Positions 43,303 to 54,667 of a stretch of 64,000 nucleotides of DNA are shown here, in pieces. The position numbers and the translations under genes are program-made. How positions within the stretch are numbered: position 1 is the first letter of the stretch; each line of letters starts with the position of its first letter. Source of the DNA: an uncultured archaeon (GTDB lineage: Archaea > Nanobdellota > Nanobdellia > Pacearchaeales > GW2011-AR1); contig CAIPOI010000005.1 in assembly GCA_903866625.1 (NCBI GenBank), positions 127,178-191,177 on the forward strand, given 5' to 3'. The notes below the pieces were generated by a model, which did not search any database, had not been told where the DNA came from, and saw only the letters and a program-made list of their open reading frames with translations.

Positions 43303-43563
43303 ATGGCAGAATTAACAAAACAAGAGTTTGAAGTATTATGGCAAATCGAGGAGGGGGCTAGTTTTGATGATGAAATTGTTTCTCTTATTCATATTGATGC
43401 GAATAAATTAAAAAGTATTCTTGCAAAGCTTGAAAAATCTGGACTAGTTAGCTTAGAAAAGAAGCATGACGAACATTATAAAAAAGATAATTTGCTAATT
43501 AAACTTAATAAATCCGTAGCAGAAGAGTATTATAAGAAATATTCTGCTTGGATTCCAGAATAA
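43303..43563 (+). CDS. small wHTH protein (MarR-like)
   Basis: LTKQEFEVLWQIEEG...IDANKLKSILAKLEKSGLVSLEKK. Confidence 0.5.
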   Translation: MAELTKQEFEVLWQIEEGASFDDEIVSLIHIDANKLKSILAKLEKSGLVSLEKKHDEHYKKDNLLIKLNKSVAEEYYKKYSAWIPE

Positions 43564-43575
43564 ACTTAATCTAAA

Positions 43576-45918
<2,343 letters not shown>

Positions 45919-45977
45919 TTAAAATATATTTAAAAAATTACAATAATCCTTAAATAGTTGATTTTTGGTTTTGAATT

Positions 45978-46409
45978 ATGGCCTATAATATTATTGGAAC
46001 AGATCATCGTGATGGAGTTCTTGAATATGTTTTAAAATCTGATGAAGGAATAACTTTTAGTAAAAAATTATTAAAGATGTTTGGCTTTGGTTTTCAAAGA
46101 CAAACTCATAATGAAGTAAGAGAAAATGTTTTTGATAATTTGACTGCTAAGCTTTTAGCAGATTATGATGAATTTATTATTCATAAGGGTGAAAGATTAT
46201 TGCAAGTTTTTGATCCCATAAAAAGAAATTTTAGTGCTGTTGTTTTAGTTGAAGAAACTTTATATCCTCAGATAAAAAAACTTAAGATTGTTTCTGAGCA
46301 GATGAATGATATAGAAACTCTTTATGGTTATAGAGTTAAAGATTATTTAGATATGCGAGTTAGAGAAACTTTGCCTTCTCAAGAGTTTATACCTCAAGAG
46401 GTTGAGTGA
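45978..46409 (+). CDS. hypothetical protein (143 aa)
   Basis: ORF only. Confidence 0.45.
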   Translation: MAYNIIGTDHRDGVLEYVLKSDEGITFSKKLLKMFGFGFQRQTHNEVRENVFDNLTAKLLADYDEFIIHKGERLLQVFDPIKRNFSAVVLVEETLYPQIKKLKIVSEQMNDIETLYGYRVKDYLDMRVRETLPSQEFIPQEVE

Positions 46410-46861
46410 GCATAAATTTGATTGATTAGAAAAACTATTTTTTCAACACTTAAATCTGAAACAAATGTTTTGTAGAATAAGTCTTTATCTACTTGCATAA
46501 ACCCTCCAAATCTCCAGGGTTCTACTTTAAATTCTCCTCCAGCAAATCTTCCAAGTGGTGTTGCGGGATTGGGATTAAATCCTATCCAAGAACTCGGGGG
46601 AATAATTATCCTAGACTCACTTCGGGCAACAATTTTTCCATACCAACTGGATTGTTGATGGGCTAGTTCATATTTATTTGTTCCCCATTCTTGACCTGCC
46701 CAAGATTCTAGTGGAGAACCTGCTTTTACTCCCACAATCATAAAGGGTTTGCCTTCAATAACTTCTCCTCTTAATATTCTTAGAAAATTTTGTTCGTTTA
46801 CTTCTACACTTTTTGTCGGGTTAAAGTAATTTCGTTCTCGTATTCTTTTTAGTATACCCAT
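46394..46861 (-). CDS. hypothetical protein (155 aa)
   Basis: ORF only, W/G/P-rich. Its 3' end overlaps the convergent neighbour by 16 nt. Confidence 0.45.
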   Translation of the reverse strand: MGILKRIRERNYFNPTKSVEVNEQNFLRILRGEVIEGKPFMIVGVKAGSPLESWAGQEWGTNKYELAHQQSSWYGKIVARSESRIIIPPSSWIGFNPNPATPLGRFAGGEFKVEPWRFGGFMQVDKDLFYKTFVSDLSVEKIVFLINQIYAHSTS

Positions 46862-46876
46862 TTTATTAATATTACA

Positions 46877-47341
46877 TTAATAATTTCTATGCAATTTTAT
46901 ATTATATCTTTCTATATCTTGTATAAGTTGGTTTCTTATATCAAAATCATCATCGCCTCTAAAGCTGTCAATAGATCCTAAAATTTCTTCTAATTGTTCC
47001 CTTGTAGGTATAATAAGTTGTTTATCTCTTATTTTTATAGCAATTCCTTGTGATAGTTCTATTCCGTGACTCCATCTATCAAAGTTATATTCGGGTGGAC
47101 CTTTAGCATCTTCAAATGTTACATCCCCATAAGCATAAATCCTATCGTGACCTTTCATTTTTCTTGAACCAAGAATTACAAATATTTTTTCATAAAGTTT
47201 TTTATCCTTCGGAGTTTCAGATTTTAAGAGAGTTAAACCTGGTCGAAGTTTGACTTCAATTATTCCTTGAGCTTCACAAACTTTTGCTTCTTTTAGAGTC
47301 TTGTAGCCTTTTCTACAGATACTACAACTATATTTTACCAT
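46877..47341 (-). CDS. hypothetical protein with N-terminal Cys cluster (154 aa)
   Basis: YSCSICRKGYKTLKEAKVCE at the N-terminus. Otherwise unrecognised. Confidence 0.45.
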   Translation of the reverse strand: MVKYSCSICRKGYKTLKEAKVCEAQGIIEVKLRPGLTLLKSETPKDKKLYEKIFVILGSRKMKGHDRIYAYGDVTFEDAKGPPEYNFDRWSHGIELSQGIAIKIRDKQLIIPTREQLEEILGSIDSFRGDDDFDIRNQLIQDIERYNIKLHRNY

Positions 47342-47388
47342 GGTATGAATAGTTTGGGTAGATTTATAAGAATTTATATGTTTAAGAA

Positions 47389-48432
47389 TTAAGCCTCAAC
47401 CAAAACTTCAACTTGATTATCATGAATAATTATGCTGGTTTCTGATTGACTGACTATGCCTTTATTTTGTTCTATCAATAAAGAATATTCTTCTATTAAT
47501 CCTGCTTGTGCGAGATTTCTCAGAGCAAATAAAGCCCTGCTTCCAAACTTTCTTTCAACTTCTCTTTGAGAAAAAGGCAAGGTCTTTTTAGTTTCAATTA
47601 ACCAAGCTAAAACTTCTCTTGCAAAATTATCTCTTGGTTGTCCTAGAGATTTTGAAATATGATAGATAGAACTGCCTTGTCCGTCTTTAACAATTCCAGA
47701 GCCGTTAGTTGCAAATGGTTCAATAGCAAAAGCTCCTTCGCCAAGCTCTTTAGTGTTATTATTATCATAGTTGGGAATTGTTATTCCTGCATGAACCATA
47801 TATTCGGATAAACTATGGCCTGAAAGATTTCTTATAGGTGAAAAAGAATATTTTTCTATAGTTTCTTTAATCGTTTTACCGATTTCATTTATTTTTGTTT
47901 TAGATTTATTCTTTTTTACAATTTCAACAGCGTTTTTTAGTGCTTCATTACTAGCTTTTATTAGGTTCAAATATTTTTTATCTGCTGTTAAGTCTATTGG
48001 AAAGGCAAAATCACAGATGCAACCTTTAACTTGGACTCCAATATCTACTTTTAATAATCCTTCAGTGACTTCATCTGCTCTTAGAGTTGGAGTGTAGTGT
48101 GCAGCTATTTCATTTTTGCTTAGATTTACTGGAAAACCAACTTCTCCGCCAAGCTCAACTATTTTTGCTTCAATTTTTTCTGCTATCTCTGAAAGTTTTA
48201 ATTCTGGTTTAATAATCTGCAGAGCATATGCTTTTATCTGTGTAGCAATTTTGCCTGCTTTTTTATAATTTTCAATTTGTTCTTTGGTTAAACTTACTTC
48301 TTGACTATCTTGAGATTTATCTTCTTTTTTTGATTTAGAGATTTCTAGTTTTTGTTTGTTTGAAGTAGAACTAGCTCTAGCATTTTTCCCTATTTTACTT
48401 GTGGTTACTCCACTGTAATCTTTTTCTGACAT
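47389..48432 (-). CDS. map: methionine aminopeptidase type 2 with about 50-aa K/S-rich N-terminal extension
   Basis: Pita-bread core: KKAGKIATQIKAYA, AAHYTP, KVDIGVQVKGCICDFAF, SGHSL, FAIEPFAT and SETSIII. Confidence 0.9.
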   Translation of the reverse strand: MSEKDYSGVTTSKIGKNARASSTSNKQKLEISKSKKEDKSQDSQEVSLTKEQIENYKKAGKIATQIKAYALQIIKPELKLSEIAEKIEAKIVELGGEVGFPVNLSKNEIAAHYTPTLRADEVTEGLLKVDIGVQVKGCICDFAFPIDLTADKKYLNLIKASNEALKNAVEIVKKNKSKTKINEIGKTIKETIEKYSFSPIRNLSGHSLSEYMVHAGITIPNYDNNNTKELGEGAFAIEPFATNGSGIVKDGQGSSIYHISKSLGQPRDNFAREVLAWLIETKKTLPFSQREVERKFGSRALFALRNLAQAGLIEEYSLLIEQNKGIVSQSETSIIIHDNQVEVLVEA

Positions 48433-48585
48433 GATTTTAGGTGTAAATTGGGCTTTTTATATTTGTGCTTCGCAATTAATTTCCTATCTTAATAATTAAA
48501 ATAACTTAAAGTTAATTTATAGGCATTTCAAGAAGTTTTAGTGAGCAACTTAACTTATGCAGGTTGCGGGCATTAGGGGGGTTGT

Positions 48586-49065
48586 TTACCATTCAAAGGT
48601 TTCTATTAAATTATGATTGCTTATTGGGGGCTCTCTTCTTATATCCCTTTGATATTCTCTTTTTTCTTCTGCTTCTTGCTGCCTTTTATGAGCTCTTTCA
48701 ACGGCTGCTCTTATTGTAACCTCATGAATATGTGGTGAATTTCTATCCCAGTAAGAAAAAATATTATGAGAATGCAAATCCAAGTTTTTTTTAAAGTTGG
48801 CAGTTGAATAAACTAAACCCTCTATCCAGGCACTAATCGGAAATCCCGTTGTAATTCTCTTTTCATAAGATTTTTTTATGAATCCTTCCCAAACCATGCT
48901 TGAAGTTACTATGACGTTTGTTTTTAGAAGCTCGGTTTCTATTTCTCTTGCTTCTACACCATCTTTTATTTTAGAATAAACCATTCTTGCAGTTCCACAT
49001 AAAATATCTCTTATAGAAATCTCATCCACTATTGTTCTTATTGGCTTTTTACTTGGGCTTTGCAT
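48586..49065 (-). CDS. hypothetical protein (159 aa)
   Basis: ORF only. R/E/H/W-richer than the core proteome. Confidence 0.45.
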   Translation of the reverse strand: MQSPSKKPIRTIVDEISIRDILCGTARMVYSKIKDGVEAREIETELLKTNVIVTSSMVWEGFIKKSYEKRITTGFPISAWIEGLVYSTANFKKNLDLHSHNIFSYWDRNSPHIHEVTIRAAVERAHKRQQEAEEKREYQRDIRREPPISNHNLIETFEW

Positions 49066-49083
49066 TTTTCTTTGCTTTCTATT

Positions 49084-49569
49084 TTATTTCTGCCTTCTTT
49101 CCTTGGGCATGTAGTTAACTATTCTATCTTCTGTAAGTTTTCCTGTTCCTATTAAATCATCTTTGTATTGGATTATTTTAAATGTTTTTGATTCTTCTTT
49201 TAATTTTTCCTGCTCTTCTTTGCTTAAAAGAATGTCTTGACCTTTAAACCATTCTTTTGCTTGTTTCTCATTTATATTTACTATATTTTTTGTTATTTTA
49301 TTTTTTAATAGATGTATTGCATCAGTAGAGAGTCTTAAATTATTTTCATAGTTGTGAAAAAAATATGCTCCGATTAATTCTATCCCTATGGCTTCATCTA
49401 TCGCGATTATTTCATCAGTACTTAGAATACCTGAATAACCTCGAATCTTTTCTTTGCCTGATGCGACTAAAAGATAAGGCAAATCTTCTATCCCATAGTG
49501 CTTTAATAGCTCTAAGATTTGTTTTTTTTCAGATTTAAAGATAAAGCGTGGTTTCATGTTAAAGTTCAT
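49084..49569 (-). CDS. NIP7-like / PUA-domain protein (start ATG 49569 or 49557; the ORF-track Met at 49632 overlaps the upstream gene by 74 nt)
   Basis: Size and patterning (..ILELLKHYG...LIGAYF...IQYKDDLIGTGKL...IVNYMPKERR) resemble archaeal Nip7 homologues by eye. Lies immediately downstream of the NOP2/Sun methyltransferase. Confidence 0.35.
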   Translation of the reverse strand: MNFNMKPRFIFKSEKKQILELLKHYGIEDLPYLLVASGKEKIRGYSGILSTDEIIAIDEAIGIELIGAYFFHNYENNLRLSTDAIHLLKNKITKNIVNINEKQAKEWFKGQDILLSKEEQEKLKEESKTFKIIQYKDDLIGTGKLTEDRIVNYMPKERRQK

Positions 49570-50614
49570 CCTCCCAACTTTCTTCTTGCTGCCTTTTTTC
49601 TTTTTGCTTTTCTGTTTCAAAACCTTTTTCACTAATTTTTTTTATTTTGCATAAGAAAAAACCTTCGCTATCATTATCATTAGGGTAGATTCTTGCTGCT
49701 TTTTTTATGTCTTTAATAAACTTTTTATCTTTCCAGCCTTCTATTCCGGGTCTGGTTTTTATTGGAAGCTCTAAATTTTGTATTTCTATATCAAAATTAT
49801 CTATTAAAAATTGAACTACTTCTTCATTTTCTTCTGGAGCATGAGTGCAAGTTGAATAAATCATTTCTCCACCGGTTTTTAGAACTTCTAGTGCCGCAGC
49901 AGCTAAAACTTTTTGTTGTCTTGCTAAATTTTCTACTGTTTTTATGTTCCAACTTATAAAAGTTGAAGGGCTTGATCTTAGGGTTCCTTCACCTGAACAA
50001 GGAACATCACAGAGGATTTTATCAAAACTAAATCCTGCTCTTTTGAGTTGTTTACACATTTGAACTCCATCTCTTTTTGTTACTAAAGCATTTGAAACCC
50101 CACATTTCTCAAGATTTGAAGCTAATACTACCATTCTACCCATGTTGTTATCATTAGCAATTATACTTCCAGAGTTTTTCATCCTAGCTGCTGCCTGAGT
50201 TGTTTTTGAGCCTGGACTTGCACATAGATCTAAAAAATTATCCAGATTTGTGGGTTTTAGTGCTAGGATTGGCATCATGCTTGAGATTTCCTGAACATAA
50301 TAATAACCTAATAGATGTTCCTCGCTTTTTCCAATTTCTCCTGGTTTAAGTTGATTTTCAATAATCATTATCTCTGGATTATCTTTAAATGGCTGCTTTA
50401 TTTTCCAACCTTTTTCTTCAAGCCTTTTTTTTAATTTTTCAGGCTCGATTTTTAGAGTATTGCATCTAATTGAGTTTATTGGTTCGGTATGCACTATTTC
50501 CCAAAAATCTTTTTTTTCTTTTTCAGAAAAATTGCTTTTTTCAAGAACCTGATTCATTCTCTGCTCAAAGATAGGTTTTGGCATATACTTGTATTCTTTT
50601 ATTTGTCTTTCCAT
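49559..50614 (-). CDS. NOL1/NOP2/Sun-family RNA cytosine-C5 methyltransferase
   Basis: DLCASPGSKTTQ (SAM-binding), ILCDVPCSGEGTLR (motif IV Cys) and IYSTCT (motif VI Cys). Confidence 0.85.
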   Translation of the reverse strand: MERQIKEYKYMPKPIFEQRMNQVLEKSNFSEKEKKDFWEIVHTEPINSIRCNTLKIEPEKLKKRLEEKGWKIKQPFKDNPEIMIIENQLKPGEIGKSEEHLLGYYYVQEISSMMPILALKPTNLDNFLDLCASPGSKTTQAAARMKNSGSIIANDNNMGRMVVLASNLEKCGVSNALVTKRDGVQMCKQLKRAGFSFDKILCDVPCSGEGTLRSSPSTFISWNIKTVENLARQQKVLAAAALEVLKTGGEMIYSTCTHAPEENEEVVQFLIDNFDIEIQNLELPIKTRPGIEGWKDKKFIKDIKKAARIYPNDNDSEGFFLCKIKKISEKGFETEKQKEKRQQEESWEDEL

Positions 50615-50658
50615 AAAAATAAGAAGAATGGAGTGTTTTTAAGGCTATTCGATTTGGC

Positions 50659-53127
50659 TTAGAATAAAGTTTTTTGTTTACTCCCTGATATGGTTTCTTC
50701 AATATTTATACTAAAAACTTGAAGGATGTTTTCTACGGCTGGTAAGAGCTGATTGTTAAGATAGTATTCAATATTGTACTCTCCCTTTTCATCTTCTAAT
50801 TTTACTTTTTCTCTGACTAACTCTTTTTTCTCTCTTGTTTCTGAGATAAAATATTTTATTAGCATACCAATATGTACTGGAAGATTTTTTTCTTTCATCT
50901 TTTGTGCGGCTATTACGTGGGGGGTTATAGCTTTATATTCGCTAAGTGGCTTTTTTAGTTGAGTTCTAATCATTATTTTTTCTCTTTCTATTTTACGTTC
51001 TTTTAAGTCTTTGATTGTTCTTTTAACAAGTTCTAAGGCTTTTTTTTCATTTCCTTCTTTGAGTATTAGCTCAAGGATTTGACTCTGCAATTCCCTAGCT
51101 AAATCACACCAATCTCTTCTAACTGTTTCAAATCCTCTTATTTTCATTCTATTTTTTTCGTCAATTAGGGCATATTTTTTCTTTGCTCCCGATTCACTTG
51201 AACGTTTTGTAACCCAAATTCCTCTTTTATAGAAATCTTCTAGTTCTAATTCCATTATTCCTTGCATGCCTTTATTCAACTTCTCAAGGATATCTTCTAT
51301 TTGTTTTTTTGTTTTCTCTTTTCTTAAAAAAGCTATAGAATCTGTATCTGAATAGATAACTTCTAAATCTAATTTTTTTATCTTTTCAATTGTTTCAAGT
51401 ATTGCTTTTTTAGCAAGTGTTGCTGTTGAAGCTGCTGCTTGTCTGCAGTAATATCTTGCTCCAAAAAAACCCTGATAGCCATAGGCTGCGTTTGCGAGAA
51501 GTTTGTAAGCATTACTTCTTGCTTTTGCTAAGTTATCTTCTTTTTTCTTATATTCTGACTTATATTTTTTACGCATTTCTATAATATTTCCTAACATTTC
51601 TGGAAAAAATCCTGGCTCTTTTGTGAAATGAACTTTGCCTTCCTTTTCTAAATTAACTTCCAATGAGTCTTTCTCTTTTTTCTCGAGCAAAGTAGATTTT
51701 GAAAGATTATAGGTTACAATTACTGAAGAATACATGCTAGTAAAGTCAAAAAATACTATGTCTTCATATAATCCTGGGATTGGCTGAAATACATAGGCTC
51801 CTTCATATTTTCCTAATTCTCTTCTTGATTCTATTTCATCATGTAGCGGCCTTTTTTCCGCAATCTCATTGAATTTTTTTAGATTATGAAGAATATAATT
51901 TTCAACTAATTGAGACATTCCTTGCCGAGTTATATCAAATAATGGTTCTTGAATTATTCTTGAGAATTCCAACATATCTGGCCATAGTTTTTCAGCAAGT
52001 TTATAAGTTATTAATGAATCTTGAAGATTGTATTCGAAAAAATTTTTCCATTCATCATCACTTAATTTTGATGGCTTCTTCCATTCAATATTTTTTTTAC
52101 CTTCGCCAATTAATTCTTTTGCTACTTCATCTAATCCAAGGGTTTCAGATTGCATATACTGAGAAAAAACAGTTTCAATAAATCTGTATAAGTCTACATG
52201 AACTATTCCAGCAATACTCGCAGAAGTAAGCTTTCCTCTTGAAAAAAATGGTTTGCTTCCATCTAATCCTAAATCTAAATCAACTTTGTGTTTTTCTGCT
52301 CTTGCTCTTATATAGGGCATATCAAAACCATCTGAAAAATACCCTACTAAAATATCTGGCTTTATTTTTTTGATGTGTTTAACAAAGGCCTCAAGCATTT
52401 CTGTTTCATCTTTATAATATTCAATGTAATCAATTTTGTGAGAACATTTTTTTGAGGTTAAAACTTTTTTTATTCCTTCACCATATAAAGAGATCATTAG
52501 TATCTCTCCTTTTCCAATCTCAAAATCATCTGTTTCTATATCATAAGCAACTATTCTTGGCTTAAATTCAGAATCTGATTTTGTTTTATCTAAACTGATT
52601 ATTTTTTGTGCTTTTAAAACATAATCTACTTGAAGAGAAGAATCAATATTCCCAAATTCCTCTGAGTTGTTCAGGATTTCTCCGGCTATTTTTTTCCAAA
52701 CCAAAGGTTGCATGTTATTATCTATAATATATTTAGTTATCAAAGGAATATCATATTCTCTCCTAGCTATAACTTCTGGAAAATCTATTTGATCCGCTAT
52801 ACCATGGGCATCTTTGTAATTTGTAACAAAAATTTTTATTGCTTTTACGGGTTTGCTTAAAAATTCTTTATTTTCAATACTCGTTTTTTCAACTTTTGTT
52901 GTTCTTGTATCCGAGTTTACTTCAAGTTTTTCTATTTCTTTTTTAATTTTTTCTAATCTTTCTTCATCAATATCTTTGTTAAGAATAACCCAGAAATAAG
53001 GTTCAAAATCATCAATCAAACATACTTGTTTTCCATCTTCATCTCTTCCAAATATCTTTAGATAGTTCTTTGAATTATAATCAAAATAATCATAATCTAA
53101 TGGAATAAATTTTATTTCTTTTTTCAT
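50659..53127 (-). CDS. polB: family B DNA polymerase (ATG 53127 preferred; the ORF track starts at 53148)
   Basis: Exo I VAYDIETDD, motif A DFTSMYSSVI and motif C VIYSDTDSIAF. About 822 aa, with no room for an intein. Confidence 0.95.
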   Translation of the reverse strand: MKKEIKFIPLDYDYFDYNSKNYLKIFGRDEDGKQVCLIDDFEPYFWVILNKDIDEERLEKIKKEIEKLEVNSDTRTTKVEKTSIENKEFLSKPVKAIKIFVTNYKDAHGIADQIDFPEVIARREYDIPLITKYIIDNNMQPLVWKKIAGEILNNSEEFGNIDSSLQVDYVLKAQKIISLDKTKSDSEFKPRIVAYDIETDDFEIGKGEILMISLYGEGIKKVLTSKKCSHKIDYIEYYKDETEMLEAFVKHIKKIKPDILVGYFSDGFDMPYIRARAEKHKVDLDLGLDGSKPFFSRGKLTSASIAGIVHVDLYRFIETVFSQYMQSETLGLDEVAKELIGEGKKNIEWKKPSKLSDDEWKNFFEYNLQDSLITYKLAEKLWPDMLEFSRIIQEPLFDITRQGMSQLVENYILHNLKKFNEIAEKRPLHDEIESRRELGKYEGAYVFQPIPGLYEDIVFFDFTSMYSSVIVTYNLSKSTLLEKKEKDSLEVNLEKEGKVHFTKEPGFFPEMLGNIIEMRKKYKSEYKKKEDNLAKARSNAYKLLANAAYGYQGFFGARYYCRQAAASTATLAKKAILETIEKIKKLDLEVIYSDTDSIAFLRKEKTKKQIEDILEKLNKGMQGIMELELEDFYKRGIWVTKRSSESGAKKKYALIDEKNRMKIRGFETVRRDWCDLARELQSQILELILKEGNEKKALELVKRTIKDLKERKIEREKIMIRTQLKKPLSEYKAITPHVIAAQKMKEKNLPVHIGMLIKYFISETREKKELVREKVKLEDEKGEYNIEYYLNNQLLPAVENILQVFSINIEETISGSKQKTLF

Positions 53128-53148
53128 ATTAACCTTATAACTTCTCAT

Positions 53149-53157
53149 TATTTAAAA
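53149..53157 (-). promoter_or_regulatory. TATA-like element (TTTTAAATA on minus strand) for polB
   Basis: Centre lies 26 nt upstream of ATG 53127 but only 5 nt from ATG 53148. Confidence 0.4.
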
Positions 53158-53245
53158 CTTGATAACCTTCTTTTTTGGTTTTAATGTTACTATTCAGGGG
53201 TAACATAATCGAAAGGTTTAAATAGGGTATTTTACTAAATTAAAT

Positions 53246-53602
53246 ATGAAAACTTTAACCCCCATAAAACCTCGAATTAGAATGCTTGGCGACGATATTA
53301 TGCAACAGATTCAAGAGCATCCTGAACAAGCTATTGATGGTTTGATTAGTATTAAACCCATGGGCTCTGGTTGTCATGGGGGATATAATGTTGCAAGAAT
53401 TTACAATATTAATCGTTTTCAACCGGTTGTAACTCATGCACACTATAAGAAGCAACAGGATTTAGCTCATCTTTTAGCTGATGCTATGGGTGTGCTTTCT
53501 ACTCACGTTTTTCCAAATGTTATTGATGATTTGGGTAATGATGCTTATGGAAAACATTTAAGAATAAGAAAAAATAGAGATGAGGATCATAAAAGAGATT
53601 AA
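53246..53602 (+). CDS. hypothetical protein (118 aa)
   Basis: ORF only. About 42% GC on the 60-nt line I counted; H/Q/G-rich. Confidence 0.45.
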   Translation: MKTLTPIKPRIRMLGDDIMQQIQEHPEQAIDGLISIKPMGSGCHGGYNVARIYNINRFQPVVTHAHYKKQQDLAHLLADAMGVLSTHVFPNVIDDLGNDAYGKHLRIRKNRDEDHKRD

Positions 53603-53609
53603 TTATAAC

Positions 53610-54020
53610 ATGGCAAATAAAAAATCCTATTCTCAAAAAGATAAGGAGAAGTTTGCCACTTTTATGAGGGGTTATGCTAAAGAAGGTGTTTTAAGAAGGA
53701 TTGCAGATGCTTTTGATAGGGCTAATAATTATGTTATTCATGGGGCTACGATTTCTTCTGCTATAAGCATGGCTTTAGCTGAACAAGGCCTTCCAAGTTA
53801 TTCAATTATTGATAGACCCCTTATATTTTCACAAGCAGAAATTATTCATGAGATGGTTAGGGAGAATAAATATGGAGGACTTTCAGGTGTTGTGAAAAAT
53901 ATACCTGTACCTATTCCCCCCAGATCTGGATTTTCAGAGCCCAGAGAGTTTTTAGCTGAGGGAAGTCAACCGGTAGAAGAATATCTTGCAGAATATGAAA
54001 GAGGATTAATGGAACCTTAA
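53610..54020 (+). CDS. hypothetical protein (136 aa from ATG 53610)
   Basis: The in-frame ATG lies 7 nt after the upstream stop. No family recognised. Confidence 0.45.
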   Translation: MANKKSYSQKDKEKFATFMRGYAKEGVLRRIADAFDRANNYVIHGATISSAISMALAEQGLPSYSIIDRPLIFSQAEIIHEMVRENKYGGLSGVVKNIPVPIPPRSGFSEPREFLAEGSQPVEEYLAEYERGLMEP

Positions 54021-54026
54021 TTATCT

Positions 54027-54635
54027 TTAGAATTTTTTATAAATCAAGATTCCAAGAGCAAGAATAAATATCCCTAGAAAATATCCCGCTAAAATATCGC
54101 TTAACCAATGAGCATTAAGATATATTCTTGAAAATCCTATAATTAAAATTATTATTAGCGAAATAACTATGGTGGTTATTTTTTGAATTTTTGAAATGTT
54201 TCTTTTTAACATTAAATAACTAATCATTCCGAAAAATACAATAGCAATTAGTGCATGGCCACTTGGAAAACTTGAGTTTGTTTCATTTATAAGAATATTT
54301 AATGGTCTTGCTCTCTGAATTAGTTCTTTTGAAATCCAGATAATTATTGCAGAAATTAACATTGTTACTGAAAAAAATATCGCATCTTTTTTCCTGTTTT
54401 TTATCCATAATACAACAGAAATTAATAAAGAAATTCCTACCAAAGTATAAGTATCAAATAGGATGCCAATGATTTTTGAGAGCTCTATAAATCCTGCTGT
54501 CTGAATTGTACTTATCTTCAAGTTAACTATGGAATCGCATTTGTAAGAGAAATTTATTAGTATTCCTTTTATTGCTATCATTAAAAACGCCGCGAAAGAG
54601 ACTATTGATATAAGAATTAATCCTCTATTTTTCAT
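54027..54635 (-). CDS. PAP2-family membrane phosphatase
   Basis: KELIQRARP (KxxxxxxRP), FPSGHA (PSGH) and SRIYLNAHWLSD (SRxxxxxHxxxD). Six TM helices. Confidence 0.8.
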   Translation of the reverse strand: MKNRGLILISIVSFAAFLMIAIKGILINFSYKCDSIVNLKISTIQTAGFIELSKIIGILFDTYTLVGISLLISVVLWIKNRKKDAIFFSVTMLISAIIIWISKELIQRARPLNILINETNSSFPSGHALIAIVFFGMISYLMLKRNISKIQKITTIVISLIIILIIGFSRIYLNAHWLSDILAGYFLGIFILALGILIYKKF

Positions 54636-54656
54636 GCTTATTATTGTAAGATTAGG

Positions 54657-54667
54657 TTTAAATATTT
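54657..54667. promoter_or_regulatory. single near-palindromic TATA element TTTAAATATTT shared by the divergent PAP2 and fen genes
   Basis: Its centre (about 54660-54661) is the exact midpoint between ATG 54635 (minus) and ATG 54686 (plus), about 25.5 nt from each. Confidence 0.45.

Noticed and set aside
49559-49632. 74-nt overlap between the NOP2/Sun gene and the downstream ORF as modelled in the track.
   Set aside because: This is probably an artefact of choosing the most upstream Met in a K-rich run. In-frame ATGs at 49569 and 49557 give an 11-nt overlap or a 1-nt gap, as seen at other coupled genes here.
50659-53148. Inteins or large insertions in polB, and likewise in mcm, cdc48 and rfcL.
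   Set aside because: Protein lengths and contiguous motif order (Exo I, motif A and motif C in PolB; Walker A and B in the others) leave no room for an intein, and no intein block sequences were seen.
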